Notes: generated from the sequence alone by a model not told the origin. DNA of 64,000 bases from an uncultured bacterium (GCA_963759775.1 CAVXAH010000001.1:400682-464681); one strand, 5' to 3'; positions 37,367 through 47,863 are shown, counted from the first letter of the stretch. Program-made: numbers and translations.

Positions 37367-38031
37367 CTCCTTCAAAACAGTCCCCCCGCAAGGCTCGTGC
37401 GAAGAAAATAGTGAGTTATTTGAAGAAGACCTACCCGGTTCCTAAAAGTGAGCTTATTTCTGAGACACCGATGCAGTTTCTTGCGTCTGTGATTCTCTCA
37501 GCTCAGTGCACCGACAAGACGGTGAATAGAGTGACGAGCGTGCTCTGGAAGAAATACAAAACGCCGCGTGATTTTGCGAAGGCGAGCCGCACAACGTTTA
37601 CCAAAGAAATTTCATCCGTTACTTTCTTCCGCAATAAGGCGAAAGCCATTATCGGAGCTGCGAAAGAAATCGTGGTGAAGCATGGCGGCAAGGTGCCGCG
37701 TACCGAAAAAGAGCTTGTCGCGCTTCCGGGTATCGGATACAAGACGGCACATGTAATTTTGGGAGAACTCTTTGAGACATGGGAGGGCATTCCAACTGAC
37801 ACGCATGTAAAGCGTTTTGCAAAACGTTTTGATTTAACCGACCAGGAAGATCTCACCAAAATCTCCAAAGACCTGGAGGCTCTGATTCCGAAAAAAGACT
37901 GGCAGTACGTAAACAACGGGCTTGTTCTTTACGGCCGTTACCTTTGCCCTGCCCGTCCGCATGACTGCGCGCCGCATCCTCTCTCAAAAATCTGGCCTCA
38001 AGCTCTCAAACGCTGGCCGAAAGTGAAATAA
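37363..38031 (+). CDS. nth: endonuclease III (HhH-GPD DNA glycosylase/lyase)
   Basis: ...ILSAQCTDKTVN...LVALPGIGYKTAHVIL...DTHV.R... Confidence 0.9.
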   Translation: MTPSKQSPRKARAKKIVSYLKKTYPVPKSELISETPMQFLASVILSAQCTDKTVNRVTSVLWKKYKTPRDFAKASRTTFTKEISSVTFFRNKAKAIIGAAKEIVVKHGGKVPRTEKELVALPGIGYKTAHVILGELFETWEGIPTDTHVKRFAKRFDLTDQEDLTKISKDLEALIPKKDWQYVNNGLVLYGRYLCPARPHDCAPHPLSKIWPQALKRWPKVK

Positions 38032-38033
38032 GG

Positions 38034-38048
38034 TAGGATAGAAGAATG
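38034..38048 (+). promoter_or_regulatory. -10-like box + 6 nt + ATG (leaderless layout)
   Basis: TAGGAT 38034-38039, AGAAGA, ATG 38046. Confidence 0.45.
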
Positions 38049-38735
38049 GAAAAGCGACCAGTAGCAGTATTTGATATTGATGGAACAATATTTCGCTCCT
38101 CACTTCTTTTGGAGCTTGTGGAGCGACTTATTGAGAGGGAGATATTTCCCGCAGAAGCACGAGCCGAATACGAAGAAGACCGCATCAAATGGCTTGATAG
38201 AAAAGGGGACTACCACACGTATATTCAAAAGATTGTTGAAGTTTTTGAGAAACAAATTAAAGGCGTGTCTTATGCCGAGGTGGCGAACCTCGCCGGAGAA
38301 GTGATTGAAGAGAAGAAGCATCGTGTGTATCGTCACACCCGCGACCTCGTTAAGGATTTAAAAAAGAAAGGGTATTTTTTGCTTGCAATCTCGCATTCGC
38401 CGAAATTTATCGTAGACGGCTTTGGATACGAGGCGGGGTTTGATAAAACCTATGGTGTTTTCTACACCACCGGTGCGTCCGACAAGTTTACGGGCGAAAT
38501 AGAAGACAAGGATTTAATCTTGAACAAAGCTGCCGTGCTCCAGAGAGCCATCCGCAAAGAAGGGCTTACCCTTGATGGTTCGGTGATTGTGGGCGATACC
38601 GAAAGCGATATTCCCATGCTAGAAATGGCAGAAACCGCAATTGCCTTTAATCCAAACGCAAAGCTTTATCAGCATGCAAAACGTAGGGGGTGGAAGGTTG
38701 TGGTAGAGAGGAAAGACGTCATCTATGAGCTTTAG
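38046..38735 (+). CDS. HAD-IB family hydrolase (SerB-like phosphatase)
   Basis: Motif I AVFDIDGTIF; ...VGDTESDIPM (motif IV). Confidence 0.85.
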   Translation: MEKRPVAVFDIDGTIFRSSLLLELVERLIEREIFPAEARAEYEEDRIKWLDRKGDYHTYIQKIVEVFEKQIKGVSYAEVANLAGEVIEEKKHRVYRHTRDLVKDLKKKGYFLLAISHSPKFIVDGFGYEAGFDKTYGVFYTTGASDKFTGEIEDKDLILNKAAVLQRAIRKEGLTLDGSVIVGDTESDIPMLEMAETAIAFNPNAKLYQHAKRRGWKVVVERKDVIYEL

Positions 38736-38821
38736 TAACCCCGTTCTTGACCAGGGTGCGACCTGTGAGAGATACTGTATTCGGACTAAATAATAAGTCT
38801 CTTTTCTACCGGAGGTGTGTT

Positions 38822-39184
38822 ATGTCGCAGCCAGATTTATTTGGTGCGCCCGAGTGCACCAACCCGCTGAATCTCATAAGAAGAAAGTGGGTGGAGCTTA
38901 CCAAAAAGGTCAATTTTCCAGAAACTGACTACCGACAGGTTCTGGCCGCCCTCGCAACGATTACCATTCGGCAACAGGACGGAAATGTTCTTTGGGTAGA
39001 GCTGGTTGTCCTTCCCACACTCGGCCGTGTAAAGAAGGTTCGACAACAACACGGTCAAAGGTGGGAAGATGTCGAGCTCTCTTTGGCAGAAGTGGTTCTG
39101 GTGAAGCAGCGAATCATTTCGGACACAAAGAAAGCACTTCTTGCGCGTCAGACATCAAAAGATCAACAAGATATGTTCATCTGA
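38822..39184 (+). CDS. hypothetical protein (120 aa), one of few genes here with a canonical Shine-Dalgarno
   Basis: GGAGG 6 nt upstream of ATG 38822. No motif recognised. Confidence 0.5.
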   Translation: MSQPDLFGAPECTNPLNLIRRKWVELTKKVNFPETDYRQVLAALATITIRQQDGNVLWVELVVLPTLGRVKKVRQQHGQRWEDVELSLAEVVLVKQRIISDTKKALLARQTSKDQQDMFI

Positions 39185-39234
39185 ACACGCCGACCCTCTG
39201 GGTCGGCTTTTCGTATGGTCGGTGATGTTTTACA

Positions 39235-40059
39235 GTGAATGCCGTGAGACCAACTGATTTCCAAAAACGGGTGTGGAGACACTATAAAGAGAAAGGTCGA
39301 CACGATTTGCCGTGGAGGAAAACACGTGACCCGTATCGAATCCTTGTTTCTGAAATTATGCTCCAGCAGACGCAGGTAGAACGCGTAATCAAATTTTACG
39401 AGAGATTTTTGAAACAATTCCCCACAGCAAAAAATCTCGCAAAAGCTCCCCTCGGAAGCGTCCTTAAGGCATGGCAAGGACTTGGCTACAACCGCCGGGC
39501 AAAAATGCTCCACGAATCCGCAAAAATGCTCGTCCGAGCAAGGTTCAACCTTGCTCAGGATCTTGAAAAATGTCCGGGCGTTGGGCCGTATACGGCGCAA
39601 GCAGTAGCGGCATTTGCGTACAACAGGGATGTGATTTTTGTTGAAACCAACATCCGCACCGCCATCACCCACCACTTTTTCTCAAAGAACAGTACTACCA
39701 TATATGGTAATAAAGTAACTGATGAGGAAATTACCACAATACTTACGAGACTTTTACCGAAAGGAAGGGCGCGGGAGTGGTACGCAGCCCTTATGGATTA
39801 CGGCTCGTATTTGAAGCGCTCGGGCATTCGCTTGAATGGTCAACACGTAGCGTATGTGAAGCAAAAAACATTTAAGGGCTCCGCACGCGAAGCGCGCGGA
39901 GCAATCCTACGTCGTCTCGCTAAAGAATCATGTCAAGGTGTCACCTTAACATCGCTGCTCGGAAAAGGCCGTCGTGCTCAAATGCGCGGAGCCCTCAAAA
40001 CGCTCCTTGCAGAAGGACTTATACAAAAAAGCGGTAGGGTTTTTACCCTACCGCGTTAA
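39235..40059 (+). CDS. mutY: A/G-specific adenine glycosylase-like HhH-GPD protein (MutY-like)
   Basis: ...DLPWRKTRDPYRILVSEIMLQQTQVERV...WQGLGYNRRAKML...CPGVGPYTAQAVAAFAY. GTG start. Confidence 0.8.
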   Translation: MNAVRPTDFQKRVWRHYKEKGRHDLPWRKTRDPYRILVSEIMLQQTQVERVIKFYERFLKQFPTAKNLAKAPLGSVLKAWQGLGYNRRAKMLHESAKMLVRARFNLAQDLEKCPGVGPYTAQAVAAFAYNRDVIFVETNIRTAITHHFFSKNSTTIYGNKVTDEEITTILTRLLPKGRAREWYAALMDYGSYLKRSGIRLNGQHVAYVKQKTFKGSAREARGAILRRLAKESCQGVTLTSLLGKGRRAQMRGALKTLLAEGLIQKSGRVFTLPR

Positions 40060-40060
40060 T

Positions 40061-40336
40061 CTATCGTGACCAAATGCGTCTCCTCCGATACTTTCTGGGG
40101 AGGCGGTGCGGAAGATATAACATAAACCTTCCAGGACGTTTTTCTATGACGACGAGCTGTTTTTTCTCAACCAGAGGACCTAAAATGTGATACAGGTCTT
40201 CTGTCGGAAAAGCTTTCCGGTACCAATCGAAAAGAGCTTCAAGAGAAACTCCTCTGTGGCCAGAGGCGATCAGAGGGTGACTGTCAAAGATGTTTCGTAT
40301 ACTTCGGGTACGAACGACTTCTTTGCTAGATAGCAT
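40061..40336 (-). CDS. hypothetical protein (91 aa)
   Basis: Intact ORF convergent with mutY; basic C-terminus; no motif recognised. Confidence 0.45.
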   Translation of the reverse strand: MLSSKEVVRTRSIRNIFDSHPLIASGHRGVSLEALFDWYRKAFPTEDLYHILGPLVEKKQLVVIEKRPGRFMLYLPHRLPRKYRRRRIWSR

Positions 40337-40393
40337 TTCAAAGGCTCCAAGAGATTTCTACATAACCTATATCTCATTTTACCTCTAAAAACA

Positions 40394-40426
40394 ATACCGC
40401 CCGCGACAAAAAGTCGCGGGCGGTAT
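40394..40426. terminator. 14-bp hairpin terminator downstream of rnj (minus strand has the T-run)
   Basis: ATACCGCCCGCGAC-AAAAA-GTCGCGGGCGGTAT. On the minus strand it is followed by TGTTTTT. Confidence 0.75.
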
Positions 40427-40438
40427 GGTGAATGCGGT

Positions 40439-42370
40439 TTACATTCCGATCAAAACGGGAATAACCATCGGTGCTTTGTTGGTTCTTGTGAAGAGGAAAC
40501 CAGTCATCACGTCGGTAAGGTTGTTTTTCACGTAATCAAGATCAATGGGATTCATGCCGTGTGTTGAATCTTCAATCGTCTTCTTGATGAGAAGGCGAGC
40601 TTGGTTCAACAGGTCTTGAGACTCGCGAAGATAAATGAATCCACGCGAAATGATATCGGGCGACTTTCGGAGTTTGCCGGTCTTGAGGTTGATCGCGGCA
40701 ATGATGACGAACATGCCGTCTTTCGCGAGTGACTGGCGGTCACGTATCACCACCTCCTGCATGTCGCCCACGGTGAAGCCGTCCACCACCATCGGGGAAG
40801 AAGGCACTTTTTCTTTATGCACATTCATCACTTCACCCGGACCAATCTCAATTATGATTCCGTTGTCCGGAATAATAATGTTTGCGCGTGGGAAGCCTGA
40901 CTGCTCAACTGCCTTCGCATGACACGTGGTCATAGAGCGGTAGCCGTACGCAGGCATGAAATACTTCGGATGAATTTGTTTGTTGATCCACACAAGTTCG
41001 CCCGTGTTTCCGTGTCCGGTTGAGTGGACGTCCGAAGAGCGGTAGTGAATCAGGGTGACGTTATGGCGGTATAGATTGTCTTTTAGCTTTTGCACATTGA
41101 GCTCATTGCCCGGAATGACCGAGGACGAGAGCACAATAGTGTCGCGCTCAGTGAGTGTTATGGACTTATGTTGTTTCGTTGCGATACGCATAAGTGCGGC
41201 GAACTCTTCGCCTTGCGCTCCTGTAGAGAGAATGACGATTTTGTCCGGCGGATAGTCTCCGATGGCTTGTGAGGGAATAATCGTACCCTTATCCATCTTA
41301 AGAAGTCCGAGCTTCTCCGCTATTTCAAGGTTCGTGCGGATTGAACGACCTTCGGTCACAATCTTTTTGCCGTATTTCTCGGCGACATTAATGATGTGCA
41401 CCATGCGCTCAAATTGCGAAGCGAACGTGCCGATGATGAGACGGCCGTTCACATTTTTCACAATGTCTTCAAGCGTTTGAATAACGCGCTTTTCGGGAAT
41501 AGAGAAGCCGTCTCGTTCAGCGTTCGTTGAGTCGGCGATAAGAAAGAGGTTCTTGTCTTTGGAAAGATCGCCCCAGACTTTCTGCTCGCGTTCGGTCGGG
41601 ACGCCGTCGTCGTGGTCCAGCTTCAAGTCGCCCGTGACAACTACGTTTCCATAAGGAGTTTGAAGCGAGACGCCCATTGAGTCGGGGATTGAGTGGGTGA
41701 CCGGGAAGAATTTCACTTTCGTATTGCTAATAGTGACGGAGTCTCCGGCTTTCACGGTGACGATTTCAGGTTTCGGAACATCAGGAAATTCCTCCTGACG
41801 TTTCCGAATCATGATTGCGGAAAGCTCCTGGGTGTAAATAGGAGGATTTCCGAATCGGGGAAGCACGAAAGGAATGCCGCCAATGTGGTCCAAGTGAGCG
41901 TGCGTAATGATGACTGCGCGGACACGGTCTTTATTTTTTTCTAGGAACTTCGTATTAGGGAGCAAGTAGTCAACACCGGGACCGCCGTCTTCGGAGACGA
42001 ACTGGAACCCAGCATCAAGGACGAAAATATCGCCATTTGTTTCAATCGCCGTCATGTTGCGGCCAACCTCTTCAGAGCCGCCGAGCGGAATGACACGCAC
42101 GATGTCAGGACCGCCTGGTTCAGGGAAGTAGTCTGCTGTGCGGCGGTCCGTCATCGGTTTTGCGCCCGGACGGCGGAGCATACGTTCAATGCGTCTTCGT
42201 ACGCCGCCGGGTCTTGCGCCGCCGCGGTCGTGAGGACGCCCGCCGTGACGCATTGGTGGCCCACCCGGACGTCGGTCAGGGCGAGGATACGGTTGCGACG
42301 GCCTCGAAGGAGGAGCGTACGGTCTTGGGGATGGCGCAGGAGCCGGTGCGGGAACAGGTGCTTGATTCAT
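40439..42370 (-). CDS. rnj: ribonuclease J with ~95-aa Pro/Arg-rich N-terminal extension
   Basis: ...VIPLGGSEEVGRNMTAIE...IITHAHLDHIGGIPF...; beta-CASP and C-terminal domain; N-terminus MNQAPVPAPAPAPSPRPYAPPSRP.... Confidence 0.92.
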   Translation of the reverse strand: MNQAPVPAPAPAPSPRPYAPPSRPSQPYPRPDRRPGGPPMRHGGRPHDRGGARPGGVRRRIERMLRRPGAKPMTDRRTADYFPEPGGPDIVRVIPLGGSEEVGRNMTAIETNGDIFVLDAGFQFVSEDGGPGVDYLLPNTKFLEKNKDRVRAVIITHAHLDHIGGIPFVLPRFGNPPIYTQELSAIMIRKRQEEFPDVPKPEIVTVKAGDSVTISNTKVKFFPVTHSIPDSMGVSLQTPYGNVVVTGDLKLDHDDGVPTEREQKVWGDLSKDKNLFLIADSTNAERDGFSIPEKRVIQTLEDIVKNVNGRLIIGTFASQFERMVHIINVAEKYGKKIVTEGRSIRTNLEIAEKLGLLKMDKGTIIPSQAIGDYPPDKIVILSTGAQGEEFAALMRIATKQHKSITLTERDTIVLSSSVIPGNELNVQKLKDNLYRHNVTLIHYRSSDVHSTGHGNTGELVWINKQIHPKYFMPAYGYRSMTTCHAKAVEQSGFPRANIIIPDNGIIIEIGPGEVMNVHKEKVPSSPMVVDGFTVGDMQEVVIRDRQSLAKDGMFVIIAAINLKTGKLRKSPDIISRGFIYLRESQDLLNQARLLIKKTIEDSTHGMNPIDLDYVKNNLTDVMTGFLFTRTNKAPMVIPVLIGM

Positions 42371-42450
42371 AATGAGTAGTGTTAGGTATAAGTTTTTAGT
42401 TTTAGAAAACAGAAAGCAGAAAGCTATCTATAGAGTGAACGTTCTGCATG

Positions 42451-44175
42451 CTAGTTTCTAATTTTCGCGAAAAACGGCCACACCGCTTCGGTGGTGCGAT
42501 ACCAACCTTCAACTCCGGCGAAACGGTCTGCGGGCGTTGCAATTTGCGGAAGGGTTATTCCGCCAAGATTCTCTGGTACCGCATAAATGAAATCCGGCGC
42601 TTCAATAAAAACGGCTGGATAATCCTGCGCGATAAGGTCATTGATTTTTTGCAACGTCGCAAGGCGTTCCGCGGTGTCGTTTGTTTCGCGTGCTTTTTCA
42701 AGAAGGTCGTCTACCGTTTTGTTCGCATAGAGAGCAATATTGAGCCCCGGATCGTTCCGTTCGTGTGAAGCCCAGAAAGCATAAAGGTCTTGGCCGCGCC
42801 CGATTACCATTCCAAAGAGAAGTGCGGCGTACTTGCGAGGACGTCTGACATTTTGGTTCAGGTCACCCGGCTCATAGAGTTCAATATCGGTTTGAATACC
42901 GAGCTTCTCCCAGTCATTCTTCACCGCAGCCGCCATAGCTTTGAGTTCAGGAACGTTTGAGGTTTTGATGGTGAGAGCACCCAATGTATTTTTCCCATTT
43001 TTCCATGCGCGAGCTTCACCGTCGTACGTCCATCCTGCTTTCATGAGAACTTCAGCCGCGGCCCCGGTCGGGTTTTCATTTTTCGGCACGGGAGTTTCAA
43101 TAATGCCGGAGCCGGGAGGGACAGGACCCATAATTGCCGTTGCGTACCCTCCGAGCGCATCTTCTACAATCGTAGTGCGGTCAACGCCAAGCGAGAGTGC
43201 TTTGCGAACCTCAATTCTCGTGAGGAGTTGGTCTTGGTTTGGATTCAAGAAGATGCCAAACACACGAGAGTAAGGAGCGGTGAGTGCACCTGCATGCGGA
43301 ATTCGGTACGCGCTCTCCACACTCCCTTTTCGAAGTGCAGCGGCAAGATCATCCATGCGCGAGAAGAACATAAAATGGATACTTCTGAGATACGGCTTCC
43401 CAAGCACGTACGTTGCATTTGCGTCAAGCGTGTACGAGGTAATAAGTCCGCTCGCGTCTCGAGTGATTTTAGAAACAGTGAAGGGACCTGCACCTACCGG
43501 TTGCGTTTGCAAGTTTGAGAATGGGAATTCTTCGTCCGAAATACTGTTCCACAGACGTTTTGGCAAAATCCCGAGCGTGAGGTTTTCAGCAAAGGGCGCG
43601 TAGGGCTTGGAAAGAGTGAAGCGGACGGTGTGCGCGTCAACCGACTCCGCACGCACACCACTCCACGCGGCGTAGACAGGGCTTTTGAGGGCAGGATTTT
43701 GTGCTTTTTCCACCGTAAACACTACGTCGTCGGCGGTTACAGGCGCTCCATCTGAGAAGACTGCATCGTCGCGAAGCGTGACCACGTACTGTTTACCGTC
43801 TTCAGATACCGTGTAGTCCTTTGCAAGTACGGGTCTAAGCGACCCATTTCCCGCGAGGCCCATGAGTCCCGCATAGGTAAGTGTGGTGAGACCACGGTCA
43901 GCATCTGAAATAGCAAGAAGCGGATTTACGAAACGCGGACTTCCGAGCTCTCCTTCTATGAGCGTGCCGCCGTGCGCGGGGACCCGCACGAGAAGCGATT
44001 GTTCAAGTGCAAAGAAGCTCAAAAGACAGATGAGAGCGACGCACCCAAGAAGCACGTACAAAATGAAGCGATCGCCGGCACGAAGCGAACGGACGTACTC
44101 GTGCAAACGCTCAAAACCGCGGATGGACCGCGACTCAGTCAGCGTTCTATGCCAAGGAAGTGATTTTAGGTTCAC
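42451..44175 (-). CDS. ABC-transporter family-5 (peptide/nickel type) solute-binding protein homologue with N-terminal TM anchor; no permease or ATPase genes adjacent
   Basis: 574 aa with an N-terminal helix. Overall SBP_bac_5-like sequence (e.g. ...LAKDYTVSEDGKQYVVTLRDDAVFSDGAPVTADDVVFT...). Confidence 0.7.
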   Translation of the reverse strand: MNLKSLPWHRTLTESRSIRGFERLHEYVRSLRAGDRFILYVLLGCVALICLLSFFALEQSLLVRVPAHGGTLIEGELGSPRFVNPLLAISDADRGLTTLTYAGLMGLAGNGSLRPVLAKDYTVSEDGKQYVVTLRDDAVFSDGAPVTADDVVFTVEKAQNPALKSPVYAAWSGVRAESVDAHTVRFTLSKPYAPFAENLTLGILPKRLWNSISDEEFPFSNLQTQPVGAGPFTVSKITRDASGLITSYTLDANATYVLGKPYLRSIHFMFFSRMDDLAAALRKGSVESAYRIPHAGALTAPYSRVFGIFLNPNQDQLLTRIEVRKALSLGVDRTTIVEDALGGYATAIMGPVPPGSGIIETPVPKNENPTGAAAEVLMKAGWTYDGEARAWKNGKNTLGALTIKTSNVPELKAMAAAVKNDWEKLGIQTDIELYEPGDLNQNVRRPRKYAALLFGMVIGRGQDLYAFWASHERNDPGLNIALYANKTVDDLLEKARETNDTAERLATLQKINDLIAQDYPAVFIEAPDFIYAVPENLGGITLPQIATPADRFAGVEGWYRTTEAVWPFFAKIRN

Positions 44176-44414
44176 AGGCTCTGGGCCAGGAGGAAGTTCG
44201 CTATCGCTGTAAGCACAAGGAGAATGGCGATAAGTACGGTTGCATTAAAAAGAAAACGCTCGGCGCCCCTGCGCTTGTAGAACGTCGACGCGAAATTGTC
44301 TCCTCCAAAAGCTCCACCCAAAGTTGCGCCGCGCTGTTGAAGCACGATGCCGACGATGAGGAGGATCGAGAGGATAATTTCTGCGTACGGCAGTGCCGAT
44401 ACGAGTGCCTCCAT
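44172..44414 (-). CDS. secG: preprotein translocase subunit SecG
   Basis: 80 aa, two TM helices. ...LLIVGIVLQQRGATLGGAFGG, typical SecG Gly-rich loop. Confidence 0.8.
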   Translation of the reverse strand: MEALVSALPYAEIILSILLIVGIVLQQRGATLGGAFGGDNFASTFYKRRGAERFLFNATVLIAILLVLTAIANFLLAQSL

Positions 44415-44487
44415 AACTGGTAGGAAGAGAATAACATGGGTGGGGAATAGAGCGCAAGCGGATGTGGAAAGGGAAAAGCACAGGAAC

Positions 44488-44516
44488 TTGCGCCGACGCT
44501 TTTATTTGGCTATATT
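44488..44516 (+). promoter_or_regulatory. promoter TTGCGC-17-TATATT for groES-groEL
   Basis: TTGCGC 44488-44493, 17-nt spacer, TATATT 44511-44516. Leaves a ~180-nt leader. Confidence 0.5.
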
Positions 44517-44626
44517 TCCCGCTACTGGTTTCGGACAGAGCGCCCCGAAGTCTGCTTCGGGGACGAATGGCCGAGATGAAAATATGTGCGGCGGAGGCCG
44601 CAGCATTATCCAGCAAAGAACCTGGT

Positions 44627-44672
44627 CCTCGTGGCAAGTTTCGTTCGCACTCCCTCAGTGCTTGCCACGAGG
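44627..44672 (+). promoter_or_regulatory. 12-bp perfect inverted repeat in the groES leader (operator or RNA structure; not a canonical CIRCE)
   Basis: CCTCGTGGCAAG (44627-38) and CTTGCCACGAGG (44661-72). The 22-nt loop contains GCACT-N5-AGTGC. Confidence 0.5.
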
Positions 44673-44697
44673 TTCTTTACTCAAGCTAATTTCACAT

Positions 44698-45012
44698 ATG
44701 GTAAAACAAGATAAACAGTTTTCTATCAAGCCGCTTGGCGACCGAGTCGTGGTAAAACCCGACCCGAAAGGAGAGGAGAAGAAGCTTCCGTCAGGCATCA
44801 TCATTCCTGAAACTGCCGACAAGGAAAAGCCCATGAAAGGGGAGGTGGTTGCCGTTGGTCCTGGAAAAATGGACGACGGGAAGCGAGTACCACTTGACCT
44901 TAAGGTAGGCGACACGGTTCTCTTTTCTAAATACGGTTATGACGAAATAAAAATTGACGGGCAAGAGTATTACATTCTTTCGGAATCCTCCATCCTCGGT
45001 ATTGTGGGCTAG
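44698..45012 (+). CDS. groES: co-chaperonin GroES
   Basis: ...IKPLGDRVVVKP...LPSGIIIPETA...GEVVAVGPG. Internal ATG of the long ORF. Confidence 0.95.
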   Translation: MVKQDKQFSIKPLGDRVVVKPDPKGEEKKLPSGIIIPETADKEKPMKGEVVAVGPGKMDDGKRVPLDLKVGDTVLFSKYGYDEIKIDGQEYYILSESSILGIVG

Positions 45013-45016
45013 CTAA

Positions 45017-46684
<1,668 letters not shown>

Positions 46685-46706
46685 AAAGACTGCTACTAAG
46701 TAGTGA

Positions 46707-46749
46707 GCAAGAAACCCGACCGGCACTTTGCGCCGGTCGGGTTTCTTGC
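46707..46749 (+). terminator. 18-bp perfect hairpin after groEL
   Basis: GCAAGAAACCCGACCGGC-ACTTTGC-GCCGGTCGGGTTTCTTGC. Confidence 0.7.
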
Positions 46750-46784
46750 TACCCTCTCCTGAGGCACCCATAAGGAGCGTTCGG

Positions 46785-47276
46785 ATGGACGGTAAAGACG
46801 TCGTAGGAGCAGTACACGCCTTACAGGAATCGATTCACGATGAATGTATTGGTCGCTTCGGCAGGATTCTTGAGCCCAAGCAGTTAAAGCCGTGCATGAA
46901 AAAAGTGTCCGACGAAGAATACTTGGCACACCTGCATTTCATGTGTGCTGAGATTCCGAAATTTGTTATCGAGAATCGTCTTGGCAAGGCAATGCGATGG
47001 CTAGGCTTTGTTCAAGGTGTTCTTTGTTCGCGGTTCGAGAGATCTATCACGAGCATGAAGATGCTCAACCAGCCGAGATCTGGAAAGGGTTTTAAAATAA
47101 GTATGAAAATCGAAACCGCAGCGTATAGCGCTGCGGTTTTCTATTCTGTCGGGATTTCGTTGTACGCGACGATAGACCAGCCCCGCGTTTTGGAGAAGAA
47201 ATATTTCCACGGATTATATTCGCAAATCGTAATGCCACCATTGTCCGCGGGATTAAAAAAGGCGAGTTTAATGTAG
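46785..47276 (+). CDS. hypothetical protein with canonical SD; 3' end doubtful (ORF reads through a terminator and into the convergent gene)
   Basis: AAGGAG 7 nt upstream of ATG 46785. Stops in both other frames at 47093-47100, just before the hairpin at 47113-47143, so the true end is probably near 47100. Confidence 0.4.
   Translation: MDGKDVVGAVHALQESIHDECIGRFGRILEPKQLKPCMKKVSDEEYLAHLHFMCAEIPKFVIENRLGKAMRWLGFVQGVLCSRFERSITSMKMLNQPRSGKGFKISMKIETAAYSAAVFYSVGISLYATIDQPRVLEKKYFHGLYSQIVMPPLSAGLKKASLM
47113..47143. terminator. bidirectional terminator
   Basis: AAACCGCAGCG-TATAG-CGCTGCGGTTT with a T-run. Confidence 0.7.
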
Positions 47277-47863
47277 TCATGAGCATGGAGTCCTCCGCGA
47301 TAAAGGAGGTAGGACAGGAGCATTTTAAGAAAGATGCTGTGAGACACGACGCATATACGCGTACCACTTGTTCTTCCTAAAAAGGAAAGACAGCGCTTTG
47401 CGCGTTTTTTGAGATCCGCGAAATTTTCCTCATCAGAGTACCGATAGTTGTCATCGTGGTACGAAAGGTCCATTTGATCCACAATCATCTCTACGTGTGG
47501 ATCTTCGGCAGACTTGCCGATAATTTCGGAAGGATTCCGGCGTTCGGTAAGAAGTGGGGAATACGTCGTTGAAACTTTGAGATACGTATTAATAATCGCG
47601 GCTGTCTCCCGCGTGCGCTCGAACGGGCTCACGAGCATTTTCTGAATACGTTTATCACGCAGGTATGCTCCCGCCGCATGTGCTTGGTGTTGCCCTGCCG
47701 CATCGAGTCCACCCTCTGCCCCCTGGCGTATGCGTTTTGCATTCAAAATAGTGCGTCCGTGTCGCACAATGTAAAAGCGCTTGGTACGCATCGCTCGGAA
47801 AACAAAAATAAGATCAACAAGAAGCGCGAATGCAAGGATTCCTATCAAGGTAAGTTGAGACAT
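47141..47863 (-). CDS. histidine phosphatase (phosphoglycerate-mutase-like) family protein with N-terminal TM helix
   Basis: ...FYIVRHGRTILN (RHG motif) ...SPFERTRETAAI...VVSHSIF. ATG 47863 preferred to the TTG at 47884 because TATACT lies 10 nt upstream of it. Confidence 0.8.
   Translation of the reverse strand: MSQLTLIGILAFALLVDLIFVFRAMRTKRFYIVRHGRTILNAKRIRQGAEGGLDAAGQHQAHAAGAYLRDKRIQKMLVSPFERTRETAAIINTYLKVSTTYSPLLTERRNPSEIIGKSAEDPHVEMIVDQMDLSYHDDNYRYSDEENFADLKKRAKRCLSFLGRTSGTRICVVSHSIFLKMLLSYLLYRGGLHAHDYIKLAFFNPADNGGITICEYNPWKYFFSKTRGWSIVAYNEIPTE

Noticed and set aside
40381-40388. ACCTCTAA upstream of ORF 40061-40336 as a third copy of the family-1 TIR
   Set aside because: It is only an 8-nt match, with no partner repeat and no hairpin. 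This is compatible with chance.
44639-44660. CIRCE (HrcA operator) upstream of groES
   Set aside because: Only GCACT-N5-AGTGC is present. The canonical TTAGCACTC-N9-GAGTGCTAA is not matched in arm length or in spacing.
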